34,656 bases of DNA from an archaeon. Its GTDB lineage: Archaea > Nanobdellota > Nanobdellia > SCGC-AAA011-G17 > PNOQ01. The position numbers and the translations under genes are program-made. Shown piece by piece: positions 34,122-34,656 of this stretch. Under the pieces are notes generated by a model. The model saw nothing but the letters and a program-made list of their open reading frames with translations, was not told the DNA's origin and did not search any database. Positions within the stretch are counted from its first letter, which is position 1. Every line of letters begins with the position of its first letter. The stretch spans positions 1 to 34,656 of the forward strand of contig JAIOSD010000048.1 in NCBI GenBank assembly GCA_021107835.1. Direction: 5' to 3'.

Positions 34122-34622
34122 TTAACCCCTCAAACCTTTCAGAGTTATACCCTTATTATCCTTATTGTTTCCTGCAGCAACTAAAGCAATAACCAAAACA
34201 AGAACACCTACCAATAATAGTGCAGATATAACAGATTCACTCAAATAAAACCAATAAGGAAATGATGCTCCATAAGTACTAGAAGACAAAGACCACAACA
34301 AAGCAACAATAGCTAAAATAACCCCTGCACCAATACCAAATCCTTCAAATTTACTATTTCCTTTTGTTCCAGCAAACATAGCAACAACCAACATAAACAT
34401 GATACCTGCCACAATAAAGAACGCCATCCTAGACAAATACATATTCATAAACATAACCAAATCTGTTTGCACAACTAATAACGCAGCAATTATAAGAGAA
34501 ACTACAACATTAATATTTGTTTTTGGACCATCACTAGAACCTCCACCAAAAATATAAGTTTTCTCCAAAATAGCAAAGAGCACAACAAAAATTAACAAGA
34601 AAGGCAAAAAGAACTCATACAA
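34122..34622 (-). CDS. 4-TM membrane protein, tandem paralog A
   Basis: MYEFFLPFLLIFVVLFAILEKTYIFGGG... It is separated from paralog B by 5 nt. Confidence 0.6.
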   Translation of the reverse strand: MYEFFLPFLLIFVVLFAILEKTYIFGGGSSDGPKTNINVVVSLIIAALLVVQTDLVMFMNMYLSRMAFFIVAGIMFMLVVAMFAGTKGNSKFEGFGIGAGVILAIVALLWSLSSSTYGASFPYWFYLSESVISALLLVGVLVLVIALVAAGNNKDNKGITLKGLRG

Positions 34623-34656
34623 TCCACTAGACTCTAAAGTATATAAAATAGAATAA

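Noticed and set aside
1-34656. Search for CRISPR arrays, IS or transposase genes, integrases, rRNA and tRNA genes.
   Set aside because: No regularly spaced repeats were found. No transposase- or integrase-like ORFs were found. No gap other than 33466..33603 is long enough for a tRNA, and no rRNA-like G+C-rich stretch was seen.

Overview
This is an AT-rich window (roughly 30% G+C by eye) that is densely packed and clearly archaeal. The gene content and genome style suggest a small-genome DPANN-type archaeon such as Woese-/Pacearchaeota, but that placement is an inference. All calls come from motif recognition by eye; no database search was run.

The window falls into three parts.

1. Housekeeping genes (about 1-9 kb and 15-21.9 kb). 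These include tRNA-splicing endonuclease divergent from RNase Z, and a GINS-like gene followed by the conserved L44e-S27e-aIF2alpha-Nop10 operon. S27e and Nop10 are under 60 aa and are missing from the ORF track. Also present are an EndoQ-like PHP nuclease, aEF-1beta with its Zn-ribbon partner, thymidine kinase, RadA, cyclophilin and an RPA-like OB-fold protein.

2. A four-gene minus-strand operon of secreted or anchored cysteine-containing proteins (9077-13656). Two of them carry lipobox-like signals. Next to it sits a small HExxH protein divergently paired with an A24 prepilin/preflagellin peptidase (13696-15022).

3. The most interesting region, a roughly 10-kb type IV pilus-like locus (21918-31701, minus strand). 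It has an unusually long FlaI/VirB11-class ATPase (about 762-770 aa), a 714-aa FlaJ/TadC-like platform protein and 12 downstream short ORFs. Nine of these share an N-terminal [ND]-K-[KR]-G-type motif followed by a hydrophobic helix, which resembles a class III signal peptide. Two are mini-proteins absent from the ORF track. The locus is interrupted by a compositionally foreign 85-codon ORF flanked by a perfect 12-nt direct repeat. It is flanked by a divergent pair of coiled-coil proteins, and its last gene overlaps the RPA gene by 13 nt.

I found no rRNA, tRNA, CRISPR array or IS element.
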